Assembly (NCBI GenBank): GCA_965285935.1
Contig: OZ260667.1
Location: 10,106,001-10,170,000 of the forward strand
DNA from: Ophelia neglecta
Lineage: Eukaryota
DNA: 64,000 nt
Direction of reading: 5' to 3'
The position numbers and the translations under genes are program-made. The notes under the pieces were generated by a model, which worked only from the letters and a program-made list of their open reading frames with translations, had not been told where the DNA came from and ran no database searches. Each line of letters starts with the position of its first letter. Position 1 is the stretch's first letter. Shown one piece after another: positions 51,532 through 64,000 of this stretch.

Positions 51532-54500
51532 ATGAATTTTTCCGTTTATTGGATGAATTCAATACAATTGCCAAACAAGCAAAAGGAATTAACTATCCCT
51601 GATGTCTCGGACCTGCTTTACTGGAATGGGACTAAAACACACAGCCTGACGATCTTGTACAGGTCAGTCGGTGCCGGCGGGCCCAAGTATGTTGCCAAAG
51701 GCACTGTAAGCAGTACTAGAAGAAAAGTTCTGTACTTAGCAGCCATACTACTTGCACATGACACAGAATTAAACCCTGGTCCTGGTAAGAGAAACTACAA
51801 ATACCCCTGTGGCTCTTGTGCCAGGCCAGTAAAAATAAATGACAAAGGTGTATGTTGTGACAATTCTTTATGTCAAACATGGTACCATATCAAATGCCAC
51901 AATATTGGTGATTCAACATATGAACATCTAGGTCATAGTAATGTCTCATGGTATTGCACCAATTGCGGGGCTACTAATTATAGCCCCACACCACCAAACC
52001 CAGGTGACATCTCCACACCAAACTCTTTCAACTTACTGAGCGACTATAGCTCGTCCCCTCTGCACGCGGGAGATATCTCCACACCAAGGTCTCTGAACTT
52101 GCTGAGTGATTTGCACTCACCACGTCACAATGAACTAGATGCACACTCAACCCCAATATCACCTGGCCCACCTGTTGCTTCTTCCTCTCCTATAACTTGG
52201 GGTAACAAAAAAGACCCTAATGTCAGATATACTAGCAAGACTATCAGACTTCTTAATATTAACTGTCAATCACTTAGGGACAAGAAAGCCGAATTCCAAC
52301 ATATTGTCGATGACTCTGACCCTGACATTATAGTAGCCACTGAGACATGGCTAAAAGAAAACATATCTGATGGTGAAATTGGCCAAACAAATAAATTTAG
52401 CACTGGTTACAAAATCTACAGGAAGGACAGAGCTGATGGCTATGGAGGTGTACTTATCGCAGTTAAATGTCACCTTACTAGCACTAGAGCATTGGAATTT
52501 GAAACTGAAGGGGAAATAGTCTGGGTAAAGGTTGATTTGTATGGCTCCAAAACACTTTATGTTTGTGGATGCTATAGACCCCATACAGGGGACATATCTG
52601 GACACGAGGCAATTATGAGGTCCATAAGTAGAGCACCTCAGTGCACTAACTCCCATATTTGGATTGCAGGTGACCTAAATTACCCAGGTCTTGACTGGCA
52701 GTCCAATACAGTTAAATCAGGCTGCAACTATGCAACCATACATCAAGAATTTCTTGACTTTCTGAGTGATAATAGCTTAGCCCAGTTAGTTAGAGAACCA
52801 ACTAGAGGACAAAATATACTAGATTTATTCATAACAAACAACCCTACTCTTGTAAATCAAGTATCTGTTGGACCTGGAGTAGCAGACCACAGCAAGGTCC
52901 TTGCTGAAATAAATGTTAAACCCATCACCCTGGAACAGGAACGAAGGGAAATATACCTTTACAACAAAACAAACTGGCAGCCCATGAGGGATGACCTACT
53001 AAATGCTCTTAATACTTTAGACACAGAAACTCTCACAATAGATCAGATATGGACAACACTAAAAAACAACATTGAGATATGTATCAAGAAATATGTACCA
53101 CACAAACTAGCTAGAAAGAAAAACAGTCTACCCTGGCTATCAGCAAATACCAGAAGAATCCCGAAAAAGAAGTATAAACTTCACAGTCGTAAGAAAAAGA
53201 GTGGCAAACCTGAACATATTACTCACTTCAAATCAGTCAGTGCCCTAGCCCAAAAAATGATCAGGCAGGACTACTGGCAATATGTCAACCAGCTGGTGTC
53301 TCCCGCAGAAGGAGAGACCAAACTGGTGAGCACAAAGAAATTTTGGACTTTCATTAAGCACTGTAAAAATGACACTACCGGTGTGGCACCATTAGAGGAT
53401 GAAACTGGTACAGTTCACTCCGATGGCGCAACCAGGCAAACATACTAAATAGGCAATTTAGTTCTGTATTCTCTAAACCTGCACCACTGAGCCTGAAGCA
53501 GAGCTGTTTGCGAAATACACCTGCACACCTAATTCCAACTAGCATGCAGTCCCCCCATCCTGACCTTATTGACTTCGACATAGGCCTGGAAGGGGTGCAT
53601 AAACTACTACAAAACCTGAGGCCACATAAGGCGGCGGGACCAGATGGACTCAGACCTCTGATCCTCCAACAACTGGGGAGTGTCATTGCTCCCACTCTCC
53701 AAATTATTTTCCAGAGATCTCCGAGTGAGGGTAAACTGCCTGAGGATTGGCGTCATGCTAATGTTGTTCCCATCTTTAAGAAAGGCCCTAAACATGCACC
53801 TGCTAATTACAGGCCTGTCTCTCTCACATGTATATGCAGCAAATTAATGGAGCATATTATCTCCAGCCAGGTTAGGAAACACCTAGACTCCGATAATATC
53901 TTATCTCCCTTTCAGCACGGATTCCGCTCTAGGAGATCCTGTGAAACCCAGCTTATCGAATTTGTCCAAGACCTACATACGACCTGTGAAAAAGGTCGAT
54001 ACACTGAAGGAATCATCATGGATTTCAGTAAGGCCTTTGATAAGGTCTCACACCACAAATTGCTATTTAAACTAAACTGGTATGGTATTAGAGGCCAGAC
54101 TCTTGATTGGATTGGTGACTTTCTGGCAGATAGGAAGCAGCGAGTAGCCCTGGACGGAATTTTCTCGGACACGTGTAGTGTCACTTCAGGCGTCCCACAG
54201 GGTTCGGTCCTTGGACCAATCTTGTTTCTAATATACTAATGACCTTCCTGACTGTGTATCATCCAATACCCGGCTATTTGCTGATGATACCATAATATAC
54301 AGAGAAATTAACACTGTCCAAGACACAATTACCCTACAAAGGGATCTGACTAAACTTGAAAACTGGTCAAACCTTTGGCAAATGGAATTCCACCCTAAAA
54401 AATGTGCTGTCCTTAAAATTGGCCGGAAAAGGACACAATTCAACTCCACTTACATACTTTACAATCAAGCCCTGGAACAAGTAGACACCGCTAAATACCT

Positions 54501-55083
54501 CGGCATTACCCTCTCCTCTGACCTCTCTTGGAACACACACATTAACAATATTTCTAACAAAGCCAACCAAACACTCGGATTTCTCAAACGGAACTTAAAA
54601 ATTCATTCTCCTGACATTAAAGCTAAAGCCTATATGGGTCTGGTTCGTCCAAAGATGGAGTACGCGGCAGCAGTGTGGGACCCCCATACAGCAAACAATA
54701 TATACAAACTTGAGCAGGTCCAGCGCAGGGCAGCCCGCTGGACACTCAACCGTTTCCACAACACCTCTAGCGTCACCTCCATGTTATGTCAACTGGAGTG
54801 GCCAACCTTACAACAACGTAGATACACAGCCAGACTCACCATGATGTACAAAATGGTGTACAGTACTGTAGGTGTCAACCCCTATCAATATTTACAACCT
54901 ATCTCTAGACCCACTAGATTCTCACATCCTCTAACTTTCCTTCAGCCACATTGTTCAACCACCGCTTATAGCATGTCCTTTTTCCCCAGGACAGCAATTC
55001 AGTGGAATGCGTTGCCCCAGAGCACAGTCCAGGCACCCTCTGTAGAGGCATTTAGGTGCCAGCTACTGGGGCTTCACAACTAA
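51532..55083 (+). pseudogene. LINE PHD-endonuclease-reverse transcriptase ORF, split by two frameshifts
   Basis: Track ORFs 51532-53448, 53508-54239 and 54382-55083 are consecutive parts of one ORF. There is a 1-nt loss at ~53434 (DGAT-K-ANILNRQFSSVF) and a 2-nt loss at ~54237 (FLIY-I-NDLPDCVSSNTRLFADDT). Confidence 0.88.
51718..51783 (+). other. 2A-like (StopGo) ribosomal-skipping peptide in the LINE ORF
   Basis: RRKVLYLAAILLAHDTELNPG|P: a hydrophobic helix followed by D-x-E-x-NPGP (codons 51760-51783), directly upstream of the PHD finger. Confidence 0.7.
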
Positions 55084-55299
55084 TATAAACACATCAGCAT
55101 AACCTGTACATATATATATATACGTTCTATTCTTCCGTCACTGTTCTATCGTCCTGACAAGGACTCTATACAGTTATGCACAATCTTTGGTTTTTGTTTT
55201 TTTTAGCATGCGCACCCTACGTGGAGCCCTCAACATTGAGGATCCGTAGTATTGGAAGAAAGAAAGAAAGGTTTGTACGCGTTCATGAATCCATAAGAA

Positions 55300-57400
55300 G
55301 CATTTATAAATTTCATAGTGTTCTGACCGGTCGCACAGTAGCTCGCAATGTCTGTGAAGTTCACGGTCAATATGTGACAAACAAACACAATGGCCAGTGA
55401 CCTAGGTTTCTCTTGCTGTATTGATGACCGCCACAAATTAGGTGAAGTTTATATATGGATTTAGTCAAATTAGTGTTGACAAACAAAATGGCTTGCCCGT
55501 GACTATGCAAGGGCAGGAGATATTCACCAGTGTTGATTGTAAAAGGGGTGAGGGGCAGAGTGTACTCGAGATTGATCCGGGGTAAGGTGACAGGGCGAAA
55601 GACCGAGCAGAATAAGAAAATCTCCGGACGGAATGGCAGACGACACTTGAGACTGAGGCCCGCGCGTCTTGACAAAACTAAGCGGCGTAATTTGCTGTGA
55701 ATCATATTAATTCACTGACATTACCATTATTTGTGAGCAACATACTCGATAACACAGGAAACAAATAACATATGTAAAATTACAGTTTTATTTTGAAGCT
55801 AATTATAACGTGCAAATCGGCCAGACGTAGGGAGTCCCTGCGCCACCCTTAGGGGTATGGAGTTACTCACCGTGTTTACGCTGAAAACCTGGGAATGTCC
55901 GAGGGAAGGGGGGGCGGGAGGGAGCAGTGATCCCTTTGAAAGACTTGGAGGACAGTTCGCAGATTCCTGTGTATTGCATCGGAGCGCCATGCTCCTTGCC
56001 TCATGATGGCATCAAGCCCAGATCCACCATTATATGCCAGCTAGAAACCGCCGTGTCCAAGAGATTGGAGATTTAAAAGGGTGGTGTCAAGACCGATGCT
56101 GAAAACTGCGCCGGCCAGCATGGCTCAGAGTGTGGGGTGGGTGACTAAGAGTCGGGGGCCTTACAAGTAGCAGGGGGTCTTATTCTGTCACCCAGGGAAT
56201 AGCCCGCTGCAATGCGAGAAGGTACTCAGTGGGCGGGAAGAGGCAGGGGAGGGTGACGTGTGTGAGTTGGCCGGCCATTGAATGGATTTCGTTCTCTTGT
56301 TTCTAAGACGAAATCCAGATAGGTCCTGATGAACCGTTATATCGCTCCACGTTTATAGGGGTATGAAATTGGAGACGGGAGTGAGGAGCTATGAGAAAGG
56401 CTCTAAGCATGCCGACGAACCAAGGGTAATAGCAGCCTGAAGAATGACCTCCTTGTTGGTAAGCACTTGATCAGAGTGTGAACGAGAACTTTAGTTCTAT
56501 TGGGCGTCTCACCGCTATGTCGACAGCTCGTGGTAATTGAGTTTTGGACGCTGCAGATTGGAATGCTAATGCTGAGATAGCGTTTCTTGTAGAGACTGTG
56601 GCATACCCAGACTTGGTGGACAGTTCGTTGTTAACCAACACCAGGTCTAGGTAGGGGTCATGTAGAGGGCAGTGGGGGACACATAGAAAACTGAGAAAGA
56701 TGAGCGTGGTGATTTTATATTTACGCCAGGTTCCCGGGCGAAGAAAGTGTCTCCTTCATGTGTTAGCTTGGTCTAGCGAGACCTCAAGGGAGTCACCTAA
56801 AACAAGGGTGATCAGAGTTAGAGGGGAGTAAGTATATGATGAGTGAGGGAGGTTTCTGTGGCCCTTAGCGAAGCTATCAGGCTATCGACTTTGTCTTTGA
56901 ATGCTGCTTTGAAGGAGCCTGCGTGATAACGGGTCTGCCAACATTTCAGCGCCTGCCTGCTGCTCGATTGTTACAGATATGTCAATTAAAGCACAGATAA
57001 ATGCTATGTTTCCGGCGCAATTAAATAGGAAGGGTGCTGAGAGGGCCTCCTGTGTGGCAATAAGACCCAATCGGGTCTATATTTCTTTGATTGCGACGGT
57101 TGCCGTGATTGTCCGAGAACGTGTTTTCAATTTCCTTCTTGGCAAGGTGCGATTGTTGTGTGGTTGTTGCCACATCTCATACACTTGCATTTCCTTTTGC
57201 CAATTATTCTTTGGATTACATAATTTAAGGGTAAGGAAGACCGAGCCTATTCGAGTGCTCGATAGACAGAGCAGAAAATGAAAAACTCCGGGTAGAGTTG
57301 CCGACACCTTGAGACTGACGCCCTCGTGTCGTGACAAATGTGAGTTTAGTAATGGGCTGTCCGGCATATTCATGCGCTGACACGACCATTCAGGCCAGGC
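55300..57400 (-). mobile_element. Decayed GC-richer retroelement relic (ORF1 zinc-knuckle and endonuclease-like remnants)
   Basis: CMRCGNNHTTIAPC CCHC-like knuckle at ~57140-57185. LVLGD (~56800) and YLDLVLV (~56645) resemble APE motifs. There is an internal ~80-nt duplication. Confidence 0.35.
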
Positions 57401-60400
57401 CTTCCCACGCCTGCAGATTGGCAGGTGATTCAGTCCTTGCTTTCATCTTATTGGATTGGAATGCTTTGTTAATAATAGGAAAAATGAATATGCTCTCTAT
57501 ACACACAACGAAATTTGGACTTGATAAAAATTCAAATTTTGCAATGTTAAAAAATCAAAAAAACACAACCAGGCAACAACATCTAGCGAAGTATTAAATT
57601 CCAGTACAGAAAGTAAAACAGCTCATTTTATGATTTCACCGACGAGTTGGGAGTTCGAAGACCTCATATGACCTGTGCTCAGGGTGCTCAGTACCGAGTC
57701 GCCTTGGTAACGACCTTGCCTATAAAGATCTGGACATCTCTTTTCTTTGTAATAAGCAGGCACGTGATTTAAGATAGGAGTCTGCGGTCATAACGACTCG
57801 ACCATGGAAAATGGGAGTGGACAGCAGTGGATACGAGAAAGACAAAGCAGGGACAATAATCGTAGATATTTTAAAAGCGGTCCGACTGTAACAGGGATAA
57901 ATAAGCAGATCATGGTCCCTAAACCATGATAGACCACACTCCTACTAGCTTGGCTAGAGGGGTTACCCCTTTGGCAAACTTGGTAGAGCAGTAGGCTGAG
58001 ATCACCGGGTGTTTCACGAATTCATCTAGTGCCGCCACACTGCCCAAAACACATCTTACCCGATAAAGAACCCGATTTTATACTCTGATGCGATTTTTAA
58101 GACTTATATTATGTTAATTTGCTTATAATTGAAACTTTCACTTCTGATTGCAAAAAAAAAATTAACTGCTCTAAAGATGTTTATAAAATGTTCTTTCAAA
58201 AGAAGAGGTCTATAAGACATTATTTCCTATTATGAGGTTGTAACGTTTTAGTGAAGATGAGCCTACTGCACGCTTAAAAATCATATACTGTTTCACTGTT
58301 TGGATATTGTATTCGCAAATAATGTTTTCGAGGTTGGTGAACGCAGGCACCTACATAAAGATGTATGGCCAAATAACTGGTAGCAAGCATGGCATTAGAT
58401 AGCAGTTTTACTGAAAGACAGCACCATTTTGTTGAATTAGATCCAATGTTATCAGCTGTAATAAAAGCAATAAGTCTCAAATTCATCATTGTAGTAATAT
58501 ACACTGACTGACTCGAATGAAAGGTTTTATTAAATTACCGATATCGCTCTTCAAACAGCAAATGATTGAAAAAGTAGATTCAACTGTAACATAATATAAT
58601 GCTCAGACATAGAAACAATATTGTTTGGCAGGGAGTAATACGATCATTGAATGGACATTCACCTTAACAGAGCCTTGAACAAACCTAAGATATTACCCGG
58701 GGGTTTACTGTTGACTGCTTATAAATTCGTAACATAGGTGTTATAAGAAGAATTCGTGTTTAGGAACATGTTCTTTCAATATCTCTTGCAGCTGATTTAA
58801 ATACAGGTTCAGTCAGGATTGAGCTTGAAGTGCATATCAGCGGCCCTTTTTAACATTGTTTTAAACTGGTCGTACCAGTAAAGGAACCCACAACCTAATA
58901 CCCTTCACACGGGATGGATGTTGGGCTGGTGTAACTCAAAGCGGGTGCCTCTCCATAGTACGTGGTTAATAGTGACATGGATTTGTGCTTAATTTGACAT
59001 TGGAGAAGCACTTAAGGCACAAAATGACATGCCACTACAATATCTATGCTCGTAGCAACAACAATCGGCACATTAAGTCATGGTACAAGGGATCAATCAC
59101 GGTAGTCTCAACAAATACTGAGCTGCTGGTAAGCTTCATCATATTGGTGTGCGGAACGTGCATGAATGTGAAAGGTTGTCCTGTTCCAAGTCAGGAACGG
59201 GCGTTTTCGGCTAACTTACAAGGCTGGGTGTTTATTTATTTCAGTTGTATGTATAGCCAGACAAAGCGTGTTTATACTACCTGAAGACTATTCAACCGTT
59301 GCTTAAATGAGTGTCTCCATACATCACTTCACCACTTTACATGAAGGCATATATTATATTTAATAGGTACAATCGACAATGTTGGATTGGGTTTTCAGAA
59401 TCCAAAAATGTTCCTCTACGTCAACATATTGTAGACACCCCCTTCCCTCCACTCCCTCTACACGCACAAACACACACACATACTTAAGAGAAACCGTACA
59501 AACACGCGATTTATGTAACCGCCCATGGTGTCGGGTTGTGAGTTTCATTGTGAACTAGAAGTCCTAATTGGATTGCCGTGCGAGACTAAATGCCCATTGC
59601 CCTATTTGCCATAGGCGTTCATTACCCCGTGCTGAATTTAAAGAAGCGGACATTGACACACAATAACAGCATTAAAGTTGGCTGTAAGTCGGCAACAAGG
59701 CCTGCACTGCGCAGTGCATCGCCAAGGCCATTTACAAGAGTATATGTTTCCAATGGGGTACTATCTGTTGACACAAGTTCCATAAACTCATGGTTCCTTT
59801 ATGACGGCGTTTTACCTTGTAGCTACAATTACAAGAATTCCTGTAAACTGAATGTTTATCTTTGGCGGCACCTTGTTATAGTCTCCTTTATTATTCATTG
59901 CCTTTGAGGGAAGTTCCTGTAAAAATCCAATAAAGGTAATGTCTTTCACCCGAGAGATATGTTGAACCGTATTACTTCAAATCGGCATAATGAATTAACC
60001 TTGCAATTTGCCACAACAACAAAAAACTTGCGCTACTCGGTCAATCCAAATAAATATGTTTAAACCAACAACAAAAAACTTAGATACCGCAGTCAGTAAC
60101 CGGACTTTTGATTAACAAAAGCTTAGGTGTTGTGAGAAAAAAGTGCGGTAGTTTGACCTATTATTGATGATTATATATTTGTTTACCCTAACGAAAATAA
60201 CTGTGTTCCCAGGGGTTTACTGCTTAACCTAAAGTACCTACCTTACTGCGCCAGATGTAATGGTTTCTGCGTCTGTAATAACAATTAATGGAGTGAACAA
60301 AAAGATTTATAAAAATCCAACAGAAATATTAGTGCTTATTGAAAGTGTTATATATAGGAATATTGTGACACCTGCAATCTGCACAGCAAAAAGTGTCAAA

Positions 60401-61661
60401 CCGACTTCTCTAGCTAGATTTTCCTTTGATCCACGACTGTTTCACAAATTTCGTTGGTGTTAAACATTTTAAACTGTTACATCTGCACTGGCAGATAGCT
60501 GACACCTGACATTTTCAAGACACGATATTCTGCTTAAGAGAAAACGCCCTTCTTGGTTGCCATATCATTTGATGTGGTTGAAGCACCTTGCTGTAGGTCT
60601 AAGTACTATTCGCCTTATATGCAGGATGAAAACCAACAAAAGGCACAGCAAGGCAAGAGGCAAATAACAACGCACTGCAGTTGCAAATTACTCCCTTGAC
60701 GGTCCTTGATTCACGCTGTGTTTCTTACCAAATCTTGATGTATTGAATTTCTAAATGCCAAATCAAGATTCTCCATGCCTCCCTCTATCTCATTTTCGTT
60801 CTAGGCGATGTGTTTATCTGGGTGTCATTATAAAGGATATACAAGTGAACATTTTCACCGCAGGCAGGCGTTTTGCTGTTGAGAGTTATTGTAAGTTCAG
60901 ATAATTACTTTCTTCAGCTATTGATTAAACACGACGGGTAGGCAGAGTTCATTGACATAACTGAAAGGCATGAAACCTAATTTCACCTGAAGAAATAGTG
61001 TTACTGCGGGGAGAATTTAAGGTTATGGGGAGAGACGACAGTTAGATCGAGTGTTGTGCGCTTATCTGAAGTGTTCGTCTCTTTCGTGACTCAGCGCCTG
61101 TGTGGTTATTCAAAAACATTTCTTCTAAGCAACGATTATTACAAAAATGCATATGGCATACCGCATACCAAACGTAGTTCTTTCCATGGACATAACCTTG
61201 TGCTATACGTAACCATTAAGATGAGGCGGTTAAAAGACTGCAAACAGACGAATTAAGCTCTGTGCTACAGCTTTGATTAATGTTTTATTGAAATCAAAGC
61301 TAGCGGGTATAATGCAAACCTAATATATTGTCAATTGGAATTGTTTAGAGGCTGATATGGAAAGCCAATTTACAGGAACTCTCTCCAATTAAGCTCTTGG
61401 CAAAAGGTTTACATTTCTTGTCTGACAATCTAAATTCAAGATCCTTCCTTGCATTTTAAATATATCTACATAACATGCATCCGTATACTTAGCTCACATT
61501 AGGATAACTTGAATACAGGACTTTTTGTAATATATATTCAAAAGCTAGTTTAAAACAATTACACGTGTCCATTTTGACCCATTATTGATATAGTATTATG
61601 CATAATATGTTCTTTTTTGACGTTGTGTTTGGCTTTTGTGGTTGTCACCGTCAGTCTCATA

Positions 61662-61791
61662 GTCTACGGCAGGTACTCCGGTGAGGCAGCACTATAAAGA
61701 GGGCACTGGGCCCACTGTCACAAGTAGGCACCGTAGTGATATGACCAGAAAAGTATTGAAAGCCACGTAGGACCCATTAACAACAACAACA
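61662..61791 (+). mobile_element. 5'-truncated SINE, same family, with 15-bp TSD
   Basis: GTCTACGGCAGGTACTCC..GTGAGGCAGCACTATAAAGAGGGCA..GATATGACC..TTGAAAGCCACGTA plus (ACA)n. TSD ACCG[T/A]CAGTCTCATA at 61647-61661 and 61792-61806. Confidence 0.8.
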
Positions 61792-63184
61792 ACCGACAGT
61801 CTCATATAACTAAGAGTTGCCTTCCACTGTTTCATGCTGGGTTTATCCCTGCATACAAGGAATATTATTGGCCGCGAAAGGTTAGGAGAAGTTTCAGAGA
61901 CAAGCAATGTCTTCAGGGGAATTAAAAATATGAATTGGGTTTCTTAATGGCAACAGACTGAATTGCCTCAAGTTTACATACTCAGTGCCAGTGTTTACTA
62001 GGAAATTGGACTAGAAGCACGTTTATGCTTTAAATTGATTAACTGGTGAGTTCTTGCTTTTGTCTACGACTGGATAGCCCTAAGCATAACTGGGTTAAAA
62101 CTACTAGGTCGTAGACTTCACAAGACACCATTGAGTCGTTAATAAAACACTTTTGACATAAAACCATGCACCGAATGTGAATGGTCGAATCAGTAGTCTC
62201 AGGGCATTTAAATAAAAAAAACTATTTGACAGGACAATCTTTACCCCATGAACTGCATCTTTACCAACGATAGGGTTTAAACACGACACTTCTTTAAGTC
62301 TACAAGTACGTTGTCAATCAATAAGCACTTAGGACACTTGTGATTATTAAAGCTAGATACCAATAAAAGATATGTTATGATGATCATAAGAAATTTAAAT
62401 ATACTGGGAACTGCAAAATTTCTAAGAGATTTGTGTCTCTGGATGGAATTTTGTTATTGTTGTAAGGTAAATATTGACAGTTGTTTTATTGCTGTCCCTC
62501 GCTTTGGTTTGAATGAAAAAAGATAATCAAGTATTTACAATTACCTGCTTTCAGTACAACCCCTGCACATATTTACAATTATTATGTTTATTTTAATTGC
62601 ATAGAAAGCGGGATACCTGGCAGACAAGGCCTAATCATTGGTCGAAAATAGTCCATTAAATCCTTCCGAACACATCAAGAACAAGCCAGCAGCCACAGCA
62701 ACACATACAATAATAAATCAATTTGCAGCTCCAAAATGGTAAATAAACATTAATCAAAATAAAACATTCGAAAATAATAAATAGACATAACTTGCAATAA
62801 TAAGTTGTCAACAGTGTTCGGTAATTTTGCTGAGAGAAATCCCTTTATTTGTTATGTTGTTCTGCAATTCATGAACAAATATCCCATACACCTAAGTATT
62901 TTGATACTGTACTTGGTTGTTATTTTCCACTGCGAAGATTCTTATTATGCTTTTACATCTGCTTGAACCTGATGTTTGAAAGATTGCCATTATTTTGCCC
63001 CATCGAAAAGTAATGGGACCACGGAGAAACCTGCATTGCCTTCAGTTAATTTTGCAATTGTTTAACTGATTTCAATATTTCGGGGAGCTTTCACTGGGTA
63101 ACAATTGGTCTTGGTCTTCAACATATGCTGTACACACTGATAATGGTCTTTATGTGCTTCAAATTATGTTATAATGGTTTTGTC

Positions 63185-63390
63185 GGGTAATTTTACACAT
63201 TGTTTAAAACTGCGCAGTAAGTAGCCGTGCTTCGCGCAGGCTATGCGCGGAAAATAAGTCTTTTAACTGCCCTGATGATTCGGAAGTCTGCTTGACTTTC
63301 ATTGCGTGCGAAATAAGCCCTGTTCTTGCAAAATTAGCCGAATTTCTTCAGGGAATTGATCGGTGCTCAAATATTACCCGACTTTACCAT
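63185..63390 (-). repeat. Dispersed MITE-like repeat family B
   Basis: Reverse complement GGTAAAGTCGGGTAATATT..TCAATTCCCTGAAGAAA..CTTATTTTCCGCGCATAG..CTTACTGCGC matches 13215-13435. Confidence 0.55.
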
Positions 63391-64000
63391 ACATACTTGC
63401 TTTCGTCTATTATAAGAGTAAATACTACGTATCTGGCACCAGTTTGAACTCTTGTACCAATGTTTTCGAGTAAATGACCAGTGGGAATTTGATGGACCTA
63501 TTGGACCCATACACAGATGCTAACCTTCGGGGCTCTTTCCATCTAAGATTTATACCTCCAAGCTATCCGTCTGGCATTTGTTTTTCACATAACCTATTTT
63601 CCTTCTTTTACATGGGTCTCTGTTGGGTATTTAGGGCATGTCATTTGCCGTGCTCATACATCAAACATGAACCGATGGGGGAATGCTGATGTTAGTTTAT
63701 GAAAGGCAATCCCCGCCGAGACGGCTTTAGGGATTGCAGGAACTCGTTAAATTGGGTCCTGTTACCAACGAAGTATCTGTTAAGACACATATTGTGACAT
63801 AAAAGCGTTATGATTGACACCCATGTAGGTTCGGCACGGTTATTTTAACTTTAAGGACAATGCGATTTATACGAAAAATATAGAAAGTATAGATGGCATT
63901 TATGCAAAAGTCTTAACTTTTTTTAGTTTTTGTTTTAATTTTGAACCCAACTTTTATCATGTAAGAATGACTATTATTCAAACGTAAATCTGAAAAATTG

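Larger units (their letters stand above)
51532..55270 (+). mobile_element. APE-type non-LTR retrotransposon (LINE, RTE-X-like), probably 5'-truncated, recently inactivated
   Basis: PHD finger (C4HC3), AP endonuclease (NINCQS, ETWL, GGV, GDLN, ILDL, ADH), RT (KAAGPDG, NYRPVSL, QHGFR, DFSKAFDKV, GVPQGSVLGP, FADD, YLGI) and C-terminal SFFPRT..WN.LP. The 3'UTR has a CCTCA-ACAT-TGAGG hairpin and an (AAAG)n tail at ~55255-55270. Clade assignment is by motif resemblance. The 5' junction is uncertain. Confidence 0.9.

Noticed and set aside
52351-54570. Minus-strand ORFs inside the LINE
   Set aside because: These are antisense shadows of the RT ORF with no motifs of their own.
51480-55300. Target-site duplication of the young LINE
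   Set aside because: Only a short CATGAAT match is shared by the flanks and it is not at the junctions. The 5' boundary remains undefined.

Overview
AT-rich, gene-sparse eukaryotic DNA from an animal, with GT-AG introns. The repeat landscape looks lophotrochozoan/mollusc-like, but the taxon is inference only. One host gene is supportable: a 3-coding-exon minus-strand globin (42969-42539, 36694-36469, 35898-35767; 262 aa). It has the ancestral B12.2/G7.0 introns, Phe B10, Phe CD1, His E7 and His F8. It also carries an unusual ~114-aa Pro/Ser-rich N-terminal extension that starts with an N-myristoylation motif (MGAGES) and contains a KRKR patch. A young, probably 5'-truncated APE-type LINE (RTE-X-like, ~51532-55270, +) has two frameshifts. 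Its ORF reads 2A/StopGo-like motif (DTELNPGP) - PHD finger - AP endonuclease - RT and ends in an (AAAG)n tail. The rest is repeats: a decayed L2/Crack LINE, several fainter RT relics, SINE 3' fragments with target-site duplications, a fold-back cluster of tRNA-derived heads, several MITE families, a 43-bp minisatellite and microsatellites. No prokaryotic operon, CRISPR array, rRNA or intact tRNA gene is supportable. Boundaries of decayed elements are approximate and were read by eye.
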